This document shows positions 39,581-52,990 of a stretch of DNA of 64,000 nucleotides, one piece after another. The translations under genes and the position numbers were made by a program. Numbering within the stretch: position 1 is the first letter of the stretch; the number at the start of each line of letters is the position of its first letter. Source of the DNA: Eledone cirrhosa (taxonomy: Eukaryota). The notes below the pieces were generated by a model. That model saw nothing but the letters and a program-made list of their open reading frames with translations. It searched no databases and was not told where the DNA came from. The stretch spans positions 355,818,001-355,882,000 of the forward strand of contig OZ024742.1 in the NCBI GenBank assembly GCA_964016885.1, given 5' to 3'.

Positions 39581-41566
39581 GAGAGAGAGAGAGAAAGCTA
39601 GATAGATAAATATTATGATTACTGGTGCGTGTGTTTACTCCGATATATTACCCTGATCAATTATGCCATAAATGGGCCAACATGAAATCTGTATGTTTCC
39701 CTTTAACAAATATGATATCAGACGCCAAGGACACTAGCTGGACTTTGATGTATGAGATAAAGGATCTATTCGGTCCTTAACGAATATTGTGTGGTCTCTC
39801 TTAGATATTAGTATGTATAATGTGTGTTATGATGTATGTTTTATATGGACGAGGAGGGCTACGTCCCTGCTAATATTTCAAACAATACATTAAATCGTGA
39901 GAGCCACAGTTAACGAATACACTAATGATGTCGCTTCATTGAACTCATCCTAATTCTAAAAGGGTCTAAAGTCTGCTCAAGACGAAGCATGAGGCTGGTG
40001 TTTATCCCGGTTTTGTGGCGTTCTAATGTTTCTGCTCATTTCTACTTCCAAATTAATATCTTCCAAAATAATTATATTTTAAAGATAAGCAATCTAAACC
40101 ACCTGGGCCTCTTTCTTCTGTAACAATAGCACGTACCCATCCATTGATGTACATATCAAATAAATATATCCCCATCTTACCACAGCAACACCCTCATTTC
40201 ATCCTACAACACACCAGACTAAATTTCACAAGATTCTTGATATTTCAATTGGAGTATCCCATTATTATACTGATTACCCGAGGTAAAAAATGTGCTTCAC
40301 CCCGGTAAATCAGAAACAATTTAGTGAATGACACCAATAACTCTCTGTTTCACTTGCACATATATTGTCACAGCACAGACTAAGAATACTGTCAACAACA
40401 CGAGTCACATTGATCAGAGCAACGCTTGTAAGACAAACACAACAAAAGTAAATAACGCGTTCCCGTTTCACAGCTTCTGATTTATCGGACTTTTCGAAAA
40501 CAGCAACAGAACCTTACTATAACTAAATATATCTTTACTAACTCTGCAGACACTTTCAACACTTGTGTCCTCAACAAAAATAGCTTTCTGTTTAGCATTC
40601 CTACTAAAAAAGCAACTATATGTGCTGCATGTTTTGCTTCCATAAACATAATAATATTAATCTCAAACTATCCTTCTCCGCTTATTTTGTATTACGATCA
40701 CATGTTAACAGTTATTTAATCAAATTACAGTGGTACATAAGTAAATACTGCTAGGTATTGTTAGGGTTTGTCAGCTCAAATTACCTACAAAATAGTTGAT
40801 CACCATAAAGATCACAGAAATAAAAGCATTCTACCATGCAAGACCCACATGTAGCAACACAACTTCGTGATCGTTTAATAGCAAATAACAGAGAAAGATT
40901 ATTTAATATAGAAAAAAAGATAACAACAACAGATTATATGGCGAGAAGTTACATTAATTGAAATACATAGAAACGAAAACTAAGTAATCAAACACATACT
41001 TGTAGCAAACTCACTGGTTCAGAACAAGGAATAGTTTATCCGGTCTTACCACGCGTGCCAAGATAAACAATGAAAAGCGATCATTTTGAATTATGCGAAT
41101 CTCATTCTCTCTTTACTCTCTAAATCTATAACTATGTCAGAATAACAGCAGAGTGAATGCTTAAATTGGTCGATTGGCTACGTGGCTGTCTTTGCAATCA
41201 GGATGAGATGTCATGGATTCTGTCTGACTGTCTGGCATCATGCGTTTGTTTTACCTTTGTCTCTAGCCTATCCAAACATGGTTGTGAAATTCCTAGTGAT
41301 AGAAACAGTATCAGAAATGAGTTGAATAGACAAGACCAGCCTTGCAAATTGCCTTACACCTACTCCACTTACAATTATGTTAAGGGAATACGTGTCAATG
41401 AATGACACTGTCCAATTGAATGTCAATTCAATAAGTAGATTGTGCTCTTCATCATACAATTAGACACTAATCGATCTTACTTGATTGGAGAGTCTATCAT
41501 ACACACATACATGCACATACACACACATGCATAGATACATACCTACATAATAACTACCCCCACATA

Positions 41567-41608
<42 letters not shown>

Positions 41609-41695
41609 TATATATACATATATATATGGGGGAAGTTATTATGTAGGTATGTATATATGTATAATTATATATATATAAATACATACATACATACA

Positions 41696-41834
<139 letters not shown>

Positions 41835-41843
41835 CATACATAC

Positions 41844-41890
<47 letters not shown>

Positions 41891-41893
41891 CAG

Positions 41894-42030
<137 letters not shown>

Positions 42031-42580
42031 AGGAGGGATAAAATCTACCGAAATACACAAACGAGGATCTTATCCGGAAAAAGTCCATCATTTCGACATC
42101 ACTAACTGTCTTTACTTACAACATTTCAATGTTAAGATAAACATTCGCGAGAAAAGAAGTCCTTCAACATCTTGAGTTTATCTACCTCTTATGTGATTTC
42201 AGCCAGATCTCTGTGAAAGTGAGATTTTGATGAGCAAATATAAATATGGTGGTAAATGAGAAAGAGACAATGAGAACATATGAAGAATCAAAAACTATAA
42301 ATGTGGACTACACATAAACAGGACAATAATGGACATCTCATGATAGATATGTAATCAAAACTTCTTTCTAGCTAATATTTATTTCATAAAAACCCAAGTT
42401 ACACTTTAGATTAAACAAATTATTCCAAGAAAAAAAACCAAAGGAGACTTGTAAATTCATATATAACTATAATTCAAATTAAAATATATTAGAGAGTGAA
42501 TATGTGAGCAACACAGTATTTTGTACATATATATAAAACATATAATATTTAGAAAAGAGTGCGTAGTTTAAGGTGGACAA

Positions 42581-43880
42581 GTTCTTATTTCCTTACGGAA
42601 TTGTTTCATATTTCGCAAACAGATGTAAGCACATAATATTTAGGAAGACTACATCTGTTTTCGAAATATGAAACAATTCCGTAAGGAAATAAGAACCGTT
42701 GTTTCTTATAAACAAATATGAAACAATTCCGTAAGGAAATAAGAAACTGTTGTTTCTTGTAAACAAACATTCGTCTCATTCTGACGTCACTAGCCGTGTC
42801 TTTCCTCATATGCGTTTCATAATCACGCATGATGGTGAACTAGCCTGTTTTAAAATTCCCTTTTTGGCATATTAATCTGTGAGAATCCTGGTTATCGAGC
42901 TGAGCTCTGCTGAGGATTGAATTCCAACCGTGACCATCTCCACTGAAAGTCTTCATGAAATAGTCTTTAAGACTATACAGAGCATTTGAAGTTTTTCCAA
43001 ATTGAAGGATGAGTATTTTAAACTTTATTTTAACATGAGTTAAGTCTCTATTGATTTTTCCCTGGATTTCTCTAAATTCTGTGGATGAATTTATATCCTG
43101 ATTCTCTTTGAGATGAGTTTGAATTATTTTTCCCACATCTTACGTTAACTATTTTTCCTATTTTGACGCTATAGTCACTTATACATTATGGAGTGATGTT
43201 GGCTTTTCGCTGCAGTGTTTTCTATACCTTTCATTTATATATTTATACTCGGATTTCTTTCCTAGAGTGCTTAAATTATTTGTGAATAATCCCGGTATTT
43301 TTTTATAAAAAACCGCGATAATATTGCTTTTTGCTGAACTCCTTATTGTAGAGTTTTTTTTCGGAATATTTTTGACTGTTGTTTCTTGTAAACAAACATT
43401 CGTCTCATTCTGACGTCACTAGCCATGTCTTTCTTCGTGTGCGTTTCATAATCACGCATGATGGTGAACTAGCCTGTTTTAAAATTCCCCTTTTGGCTTA
43501 TTATTATGTGAGAATCCTGGTTATCAAGTTGAGCTCTGCTGAGGATTGAATTCCAACCGTGCCCATCTCCACTGAAAGTTTTCATGAAATAGTCTTTAAG
43601 ACTATACAGAGCATTTGAAGTTTTTCCAAATTGAAGGATGAGTATTTTAAACTTTATTTTAACATGAGTTAAGTCTCTATTGATTTTACCTGGATTTCTC
43701 TAAATTCTGTGGATGAATTTATATCCTGATTCTCTTTGAGATGAGTTTGAATTATTTTTCCCACATCTTACGTTAACTGTTTTTCCCATTTTGACGCTAT
43801 AGTCACTTATATATTATGGAGTGATTTTGGCTTTTCGATGCAGTGTTTTCTATACCTTTCTATACCTTCATTTATATATA
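42581..43880 (-). repeat. Tandem duplication (~620-bp period) ending in a 47-bp-arm hairpin; possible PLE 3' remnant
   Basis: 42756-43240 matches 43376-43880; hairpin arms 42581-42627 and 42650-42696. Confidence 0.75.
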
Positions 43881-45016
43881 TATATATTGGAAAATGTGTG
43901 TAATCCTTGGTACAGTTAGGTATATTAAGACAGGGGGGAAGAAGAAAAAAAAGGCTTCACTTGTGCTTTCAACAAATTTATTTTCTTCACAAAATCCAAA
44001 AAGAATTTTTTTCCAGATTAGAAAACATTTTCTCAAAAAATTTTTTTTATAAATTAAGTTGTTGGTTGTTGGTAAGGTGTTAGAAGTTCTTGGTTAACGT
44101 AGGAGGAATTGTTTCGTTTTTAGAAAGACATTTCACGCTGAGGTGCGCTTGTCAAAATGATGTGTATGTGGTGTGTTGTTCTATATATAGGGATTTAACA
44201 TGTCTGTGGTGTGGTGGGTTTTTTTTATCCCCCTTTAATAAGTGTAGGGGTGTAGGTGTGTTGAAAAAATGTTAATAGCAGTAACGAGTTGAGACAGTGA
44301 GTAGGGTTGGGTGTGGAGAAATGTAGCAAGTGCGGCCTGCCCCGGTCATTCTCGAAAAATTCCTTTATTCAGGGGAAAAAGCTTTTAGCATTCCTTTGTA
44401 TTGAAGATGGTCATAGGCAAACCGCACCTGACAAGCTTGTAAACAATTATTTTTTTCTGAAGAATTTTTCTACGTCCATCCCAAAATTAGTCCTTTGTTC
44501 AACTCAGACATATGTGCGTATACACGTACATACACACACGGGCATATGTAGGAATATATAGGCACACACCATCAATCACACACCCATGTACATATACATC
44601 CACATACATACATAAATACATATAGAGATACATATAAAAACACATATACACATACGTACACACGCGAATATGTACTCATACCTCCACATGGGTATATATA
44701 TATATATATATATATACATACATACATATACATACATATACACACATAAAGATACATAACTAAATATACATATATACACATACACGCACACACACACACA
44801 CACACACGTGTACACTCACACACACACACATTTACATATGTCCGTATATATACATCCGTTCACACATCCATGCATACACACACACATGCACACATATATA
44901 TATATATATATAAATATATATATATATAGAGAGAGAGAGAGAGGCACACACACACACATAATATATATATATATATACATACACATAAACACATACAGAC
45001 ACATACATACATATAC

Positions 45017-45047
<31 letters not shown>

Positions 45048-45116
45048 TACGCATACAAACACATGCATACACACATACATATATACACTTACATATACAT
45101 ACATATATATATATAT

Positions 45117-45148
<32 letters not shown>

Positions 45149-45212
45149 ACATACATACATACACATACATACACATATATATATACATGTACACACAAAC
45201 ACATAAAGACAC

Positions 45213-45263
<51 letters not shown>

Positions 45264-45454
45264 GGTTTGAGGTTCACCACTGTATAGAGCTGGTCTATTC
45301 CGTATGGTCAATCGTAATGCAATAATATAGAGAGTACTCAACGTAAGGCAGTTCAACCGTCTTTGTTTTTGTAGTTGGTGGTGCTATTACGGAGTTAAAT
45401 ATTATAATGAAATGACAGGACGCTGGATTTGTGTAAATCCTTGAAAGGTTTATT

Positions 45455-45512
45455 ATACTACGATCATTTCAATGACCGGGTTCCGTATGAATCCGGTGAT
45501 ATCATCAGGTAT
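45455..45512 (-). ncRNA. Type-I hammerhead ribozyme (left arm)
   Basis: atac-CTGATGA-tatcACCGG...CCGGTcatt-GAAA-tGATCg-TA-gtat then AATAAA. Confidence 0.75.
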
Positions 45513-48500
45513 TCTAAATATAATACGTGAATGTAATAGATAAAATCCATGGGGCTGCAAATCGAGGACCCGAGGGCGACCGCTATTCTGTTCCTTCAAC
45601 CTCAGCCGGTCGCCCTGGAGTGACTGACTAAAGTTTATAGTATGCTACTACCGGTCAGATAAACGAAAACAGAAAGGGATGGGAACATAAGTTAGCGTCA
45701 ATCTCAGGACACACGGTAAAAGAGAGACAGAAAGGAAGGAGAGAGAAGAAGGAGGAAGAAAGAAGTAGAGAAGCCAGGGTTAATGTCAGCTAAAAGAGGA
45801 AAGGCAACTACTACCGGTCAGATATAGGCAAGAAATATGGGGAAGGAAGATAAGTCTGCGTAATGTAGACAGGAAGAGGGGAGAAGAGAAGGAAGAGAAG
45901 AGAGAAATAGAAAAGTAAGGGTTGATGGCTACAAGAAGGAAGATAGAAAGAAAGAGGAAGAAAGGTCGATATTAATGTCAGACCACAGTCAGGCCAGGAG
46001 TGGCGCGTGAAAATGTTCACAGGGACCCGTATCTTAGCAGAGGTGAATATATTGGGAGTCAGTGTGTTACAGTGTTTAGACTTCTAGGATGAAGTTAAAA
46101 AAATTAATAATCAATATTCAATATTAAAGAGGTTAGAACATTTAAAGTTCAACAGTTTAACATTTTATTATATAATAGTTCCGATTTGTTCTGTAATTTT
46201 AAGGTACTATGTGGTGGTTAAAACACCGGCCGCGCCCCGGGCCCCATGGCGAATTAAGCTACGCCGAGTATTTTCATTTACCGAAAGAAGGGGAAATTTA
46301 TTTTTCCAAGCACTCCAGGTAAGCTCGTGCGCCAGGGAGCTGGTCGCGCCGCCATTAAAACCCACCCAACAGTCCGACAGAAAGTTGGAACTCTAAAATT
46401 TTGCTTAGAGAAGTAGAAGAGTAATGGTTGATGGCTACAAGAGGGAAGATAGAAAGAGAGAGGAAGGAAGGTCGATATTATTGTCACACTACAGTCGGGC
46501 CAGGAGTGGCGCGAGAAAATGTTCATAGGGACCCGCATCTTAGCAGAGGTTAATATATTGGGAGTCAGTGTGTTACAATGTTTAGACTTATAGGATGAAG
46601 TTAAAAAGTTAATAATCAATATTCAATATTAAAGATATTAGAAAATTTAAAGTTCAACAGTTTAACATTTTCAGGTTGATATATCTAATAGTTCCGATTT
46701 GTTCTGTAATTTAAAGGTACTATATGGCTGTTAAAACACCAGCCGCGCCCCGGGCCCCATGGCGAATTAAGCTACGCCGGGTATTTTCATTTACCGAAAG
46801 AAGGGGAAATTTATTTTTCCAAGCACTCCAGGTAAACTCGTGCGCCAGGGAGCTGGTCGCGCCGCCATTAAAACCACCCACCAGTCCGACAGAAATTTGG
46901 AACTTTAACATTTTGCTTAACTCTATCGGATGAAGTTGAAAGAATTCAGAATAACATTATAAAACTAAGGAGTAAGAAGATTGAGAATTGAACAAACAGA
47001 AAATTGAAGATTAAACATTCAAATAACTTCTATGAGGTTTTGGGTTGCGGGGTTTAATTAAATAGAGTATTTTATGAAGAAACGTTAATTGTATTATGTA
47101 GATCTGTAATTTATCCTAGTGGGATGTAGAGTACGGGATATAGTCGTGTAATGTTTAATTTTTGTTCTCAGGAGGAGACATTCTAGTGTCGTGTGCTAAT
47201 GGGTACAGGTCCCAATGTGAGGAGTAGAAATACATGGATACATAGAATTGGAATACGTGGAAGAGCCCATTGGTACAGCAGAGGTATAAATGTATAAACA
47301 TATCAATATATAGGTATAAATATGTAAATAAACCAACAAGAGTGGTGTTGGGGTAAGATGGAGAAATCAAGACATAGGAGAATTACAATATAGTTCAGGT
47401 TGCAGTATTTATGTTCCCGGGGGGGGGGGGGGGGGAGACAATCCTGTGGCGTGTGCTAAGGGTGCAATAAGGGAAGTAAAAAGTACATGGATGTATAGAG
47501 GTAGAGTACGTGGAAAGGCATTAATACCGCAAATAAAGATGTGAAGATATAAATAAACAAACAATAGTCGTTGTCTAGTAAATGTTGAGTTCAAGACACA
47601 GGAGAAATACAATATAGTTCAGGTTGCGGTATTTATGTTCCCAGGGGGAGATATTCCAGTGACGTGTGCTAAGGGTACACGCGAGTAAAAGTCCGAATAA
47701 GGGAAGTAGAAAGTACATGGATGTATAGAGGTAGAATACGTGGAGAGGCATTAATACAGCAAATAAAGATGTAAAGATATAAATAAACAAACAAGAGTCG
47801 TTGTCTATTAAATGGAGAGTTCAAAACTCAGGAGAAATATAATATAGTTCAAGTTGCAGTCAGATAATGCATTTATACCACTGCTGTACCAATGTGCTCT
47901 TCCACGTATTCCACCTCTATGTATCCATGTATTTCTATTCCTCACATTGGGACCTGTACCCATTAGCACACGACACTAGAATGTCTCCTCCTGAGAACAA
48001 AAATTAAACATTACACGACTATATCCCGTACTCTACATCCCACTAGGATAAATTACAGATCTACATAATACAATTAACGTTTCTTCATAAAATACTCTAT
48101 TTAATTAAACCCCGCAACCCAAAACCTCATAGAAGTTGTTTGAATGTTTAATCTTCAATTTTCTGTTTGTTCAATTCTCAATCTTCTTACTCCTTAGTTT
48201 TATAATGTTATTCTGAATTCTTTCGACTTCATCCGATAGAGTTAAGCTAAATGTTAAAGTTCCAACTTTCTGTCGGACTGGTGGGTGGGTTTTAATGGCG
48301 GCGCGACCAGCTCCCTGGCGCACGAGCTTACCTGGAGTGCTTGGAAAAATAAATTTCCCCTTCTTTCGGTAAATGAAAATATTCGGCGTAGCTTAAATCG
48401 CCATGGGGCCCGGGGCGCGGCCGGTGTTTTAACAGCCACATAGTACCTTTAAATTACAGAACAAATCGGAACTATTAGATATATCAACCTGAAAATGTTA

Positions 48501-49651
48501 AACTGTTGAACTTTAAATTTTCTAACCTCTTTAATATTAAATATTGATTATTAATTTTTTAACTTCATCCTATAGGTATAAACATTCTAACACACTGACT
48601 CCCAATATATTAACCTCTGCTAAGATGCGGGTCCCTGTGAAAGTTTTCTCGCGCCTCGCCTGGCCTGACTGTGGTCTTACATTAATATCGACCTTCCTTC
48701 CTCTCTCTTTCTATCTTCCTTCTTGTAGCCATCAACAATTACTTTTCTACTTCTCTAAGCAAAATTTTAAAGTTCCAACTTTCTGTCGGACTGTTGGGTG
48801 GGTTTTAATGGCGGCGCGACCAGCTCCCTGGCGCACGAGCTTACCTGGTGTGCTTGGAAAAATAAATTTCCCCTTCTTTCGGTAAATGAAAATACTCGGC
48901 GTAGCTTAATTCGCCATGAAGACCGGGGCGGGGCCGGTGTTTTAACCACCACATAGTACCTTTAAATTACAGAACAAATCGGAACTATTATATAATAAAA
49001 TGTTAAGCTGTTGAACTTTAAATTTTCTAACCTCTTTAATATTGAATATTGATTATTAATTTTTTTAACTACATCCTAGAAGTCTAAACACTGTAACACA
49101 CTGACTCCCAATATATTCACCTCTGCTAAGATACGGGTCCCCGTGAACATTTTCTCGCGTCACTCCTGGCCTGACTGTGGTCTGACATTAATATCAACCT
49201 TTCTTCCTCTTTCTTTCTATCTTCCTTCTTGTAGCCATCAACCCTTACTTTTCTACTTCTCTCTTCTCTTCCTTCTCTTCTCCCCTCTTCCTGTCTTCCT
49301 CTCGCAGACTTATCTTCCTTCCCCATCTTGCTTGCCTATATCTGACCGGTAGTAGTTGCCTTTCCTCTTTTAGCTGACATTAACCCTGGCTTCTCTTCTT
49401 CTTTCTTCCCCCTTCTTCTCTCTCCTTCATTTCTTTCTCTCTTTTACCGTGTGTCATGAGATTGACGCTAACTTATGTTCCCAACCCTTTCTGTTTTCGT
49501 TTATCTGACCGGTAGTAGCATACTATAAACTTTAGCCACGTCACTCCAGGGCGACTGTCTGAGGTTGAAGGATTAGAATAGCGGTCGCCCTTGTGTCGTC
49601 GATTTTCAGCCCCATGGATTTTATCTATTACATTAACGTATTATATTTCGA

Positions 49652-49709
49652 ATACCTGATGATATCACCGGATTCATACGGAACCCGGTCATTGAAATGA
49701 TCATAGAAT
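49652..49709 (+). ncRNA. Type-I hammerhead ribozyme (right arm)
   Basis: atac-CTGATGA-tatcACCGG...CCGGTcatt-GAAA-TGATCA-TA-gaat then AATAAA. Confidence 0.7.
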
Positions 49710-49755
49710 AATAAACCTTTCAAGGATTTACACAAATCCAGCCTCCTGTCATTTC

Positions 49756-49801
<46 letters not shown>

Positions 49802-49950
49802 TACACACGTACATACATATACTCACACAGAAACATACATATATGTACACACATTTATACATATATGCACATACATACACACACACATATATAGATACAT
49901 ACATATACATACACACACATATAAACATATAGCTATATATATATAGATAA

Positions 49951-50377
49951 TATAGAGAATTAGTATATCTACCAACATATGCGTACAGATGTACACTAAT
50001 GCTAGCAAATACATAAGTTATGTCATAGTACCTAGCTGGTTCAATGCAGGAGGATGCAGAACAATTATATGAGTCCCTAGTGTCCGCGCATTCCTGGAGA
50101 CTTAGCTGAGAATAGACTCCCTGATGACGTAATGAGTTCTCGATGGTTACATTACGTAACTATCTTTATCCCATTACAGAAACTAATTAGTTGGAGTGAA
50201 CATTTTAGTAAGTAAGTTAATTTTTAATTTTTAAAATTTTCTCATTTTACGTCTTTCATATAATTGTTCTGCATCCTCCTGCATTGAACCACCTAGGTAC
50301 TATGACATAACTTATGTATTTGCTAGCATTTGTGTACATCTGTACGCATATGTTTGTAGATATACTAATTCTCTATA
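49951..50377 (+). mobile_element. ~120-bp inverted repeats around a hammerhead (50116-50197)
   Basis: Arms 49951-50072 and 50256-50377; actcc-CTGATGA-cGTAATG...CATTACa-GAAA-CTAATTAG-TT-ggagt. Confidence 0.75.
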
Positions 50378-50661
50378 CATATATATATACAAATATACAC
50401 ATACATACATATACATATACAGATATATACACACATACACACATATATATATATATATATACACACACACATACAAACATACACACATCCATACATATAT
50501 ATACACACACACATACACACACCCACATACATATATACCCACACGTACATACATCCATACATACATATATGTGTGTGTCTCACCGTTCACTCAGATATTC
50601 ATGTGTACACATAAGAAGAGGGGGGGGGTAGTGAAATGGAATTTTACCTCCGAGTGTTAAT

Positions 50662-52990
50662 TCATATTTTCGTGTTCAGTAGTGGTTTAAATTTTTCAAT
50701 GAAGAATTGTTCTTTATATCTGCGGAAATGTTCGTTATCCGACCATATCTTGAAGAAAGGGAAGATTGTGAATTTTCCCTTCCCGCATGATGCAAAGTGT
50801 GCGCTACATGTGGTATTTCTGACTGTGGGGTCTTTAATTTGTTGTTTATGTACCCTGACTCTATCATGTAGTCCCGTTCCATTTTCCCCAATGTAATACT
50901 CTTTACACTGTGGACATGTTGCGCAATATATTAGGTTTTTCGTTTTGCAGTTCAGGTTTGCATTGACCTTGAAATTATCATGGTTTTTGAAGGACAACTG
51001 TTTGCCCTCTTCGATGAGTTCACAGGTTCCACATCTACGGTCCCCGCATTTCGTCACTTGCATTGATTCCATGTTGGTCGTAAATTTTGCCTTGGTAATT
51101 AGTTTTTTAAGGTTGGGTGCTTGGCGTCTGGTATAAATTATCTGTGTGTTTTTTAAGAGTGCATTCATTTTGGTAGATTGCTGTAGAATCGGGAGATACT
51201 GCTTAGCAGTTTTCACAATGTTGATGTTCCCTGGGTTGTGAGTGATGACAAATGAGATAGCAGGGTTTTCTTTTTTATGTTGTGGGTTTGGTTTTCTTAG
51301 TGTTGTTATTGGGATATTCTTAGCCTTGCAGATGGCTGCGTTGATGAGTTTCATCGGGTATTCTTGTTTTTTAAGGATTTTTTCAGGTCACATAATCTTT
51401 TTTCTTGTAGTACGGGGTGTGTTGCTATAGTGCAGATGCGCCTTTCCATGTTGAAGGGAATGTTCCTTTTCGTATGTGAGGGGTGTGCTGACCGGAAATT
51501 TAAGTATTGGTGTGTGTCAGTGGGTTTGCAAAATAGGTCCGTTATGATATTTTCCCCTTCTTTAATGATGAGGATATCTAGAAAGGGCAGTTCCTTTTCG
51601 TTACATTCCATAGTGAAATGTATAGCTTCATGAAGCCTGTTTAAGATCGAATAACATTTGTGTAGGTCTGTTTGGCTTCTGCTCCAGAAGATGAAGCAGT
51701 CATCTAGGTAGCGTTTCCAGTTTTTATTAATGTAGATGGCGAAGTCGTGACTGAATGTTATCTGTAGTTGGGAATATAATTTTGCCTCTAAGTGACCCAT
51801 AACGAGTGTTGCATATGTAGGGCCACTTTGGTACCCATGGCTGTTCCTTTTATTTGTAGATAAAGTTCGTTGTTAAAGAGGAAGTGGTTGTTTTCCAATA
51901 CTAATTTAAATCCTTCCAAGATGAATTCTTTGGGGAATCTTTCTGAAATGTGACTTGAGTGTTTTGTAATCCAGAAGTCCACAGCTTCCATCCCTAGGTC
52001 GTGTGGGATGTTAGTGTACAGGCTTATTACATCAAAACTGGCTAGGATTGTATCCTGGTGTACTTTTTGGGGGATATAGTTAAGGAATTCCATATCATCT
52101 CTGTCGTAGCTTGGAACTTTTTTACATAGGGGTTTGAGTATGATGTCTAATAGGTTGCTTAGACGTTGTGTGCTTGAGGCTGGGCCAGCAATAATGGGGC
52201 GTAATTTTAAGTCTGTCGGTTTTGGTGCTTCGATGTAATATGTATTTTTCCCTTTTATGTTGTTTTGGATTTCTATGGATTTGGGAATTTTTGGTAATCC
52301 ATAGAAATTGCTGGTTTTCATTTCGAAGTTGGTTAGGTAATCTACTTCTTTTGGTGTTAGCTTGTTTTGGTACTTTGTTGTTAGTTTGCCTATTTGGTTC
52401 CTTGATTTCCTTTCTTCGTTTTTAGTGATTTTCCTCTAGAAGTTTTCGTCATTCAAGTGTGCTAGAACCATATCTTTGTAGTGGTTTATGTCCATGATGA
52501 CGATTGCTCCACCTTTGTCCGCTTCTTTTATTATTATTGAGGAATCCCTTTGTAGCTTGTTCAATGCTAGTAGTTGGTCTGTAGGGATGTTGCGTTTGTG
52601 TTTCGTCGCGGCCGTATTTGTACGTGCTGATCGGCGAAGGCAGGTTATGTACTCCTCCAGGTATTTATCTCTATTTAGCGGGGGGGTGAAGTTCTTTTTG
52701 TTTTTAACCAGTGATTCTTCCTCGTATTGTGCACCCTGGAAGAATTCTCCGAAGCGTAATTTTCGACAGTATTCTTCTGTGTCTTTTATAACATCGGCTG
52801 TATCTGCTTTCGGAGTGGGAGTGAACTTCAGTCCATTTTCTAACAGTTGTATTTCTGGTTGTGTTAATTTCTTGGCTGATATATTGATTGTTTTTGGTTC
52901 GATTGGTTCTTTCTCGTCAGGTGCCACTTGAAAGGTGGTGCTTTTTTCTTTTTTTCTTTCATTTGGTGCGAGGCCCCTAGTCCTAAAAAA
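50662..52990 (-). pseudogene. PLE reverse transcriptase + C-terminal GIY-YIG endonuclease, frameshifted
   Basis: GLKFTPTP, IIKEADKGG, FYGLPKI, LRPII, FDVISLYTNIP, GTAMGT, RYLDDCF, LPFLD, CGDRRCGTC linker, NLIYCATCPQCKEYYIGE. Confidence 0.93.

Larger units (their letters stand above)
45402..49761. mobile_element. 4.4-kb palindromic non-coding PLE-like insertion (arms ~1.9 kb)
   Basis: Arms 45402-47292 and 47870-49761 are imperfect reverse complements; each has an internal ~510-bp tandem duplication and an outward-facing hammerhead plus AATAAA. Confidence 0.85.

Noticed and set aside
46211-46933. Repeated ~61-69-aa ORF MxVKTPAAPRAPWRIKL (four copies across both arms)
   Set aside because: Mostly GTG starts, no recognisable domain; recurrence is explained by duplication plus inversion
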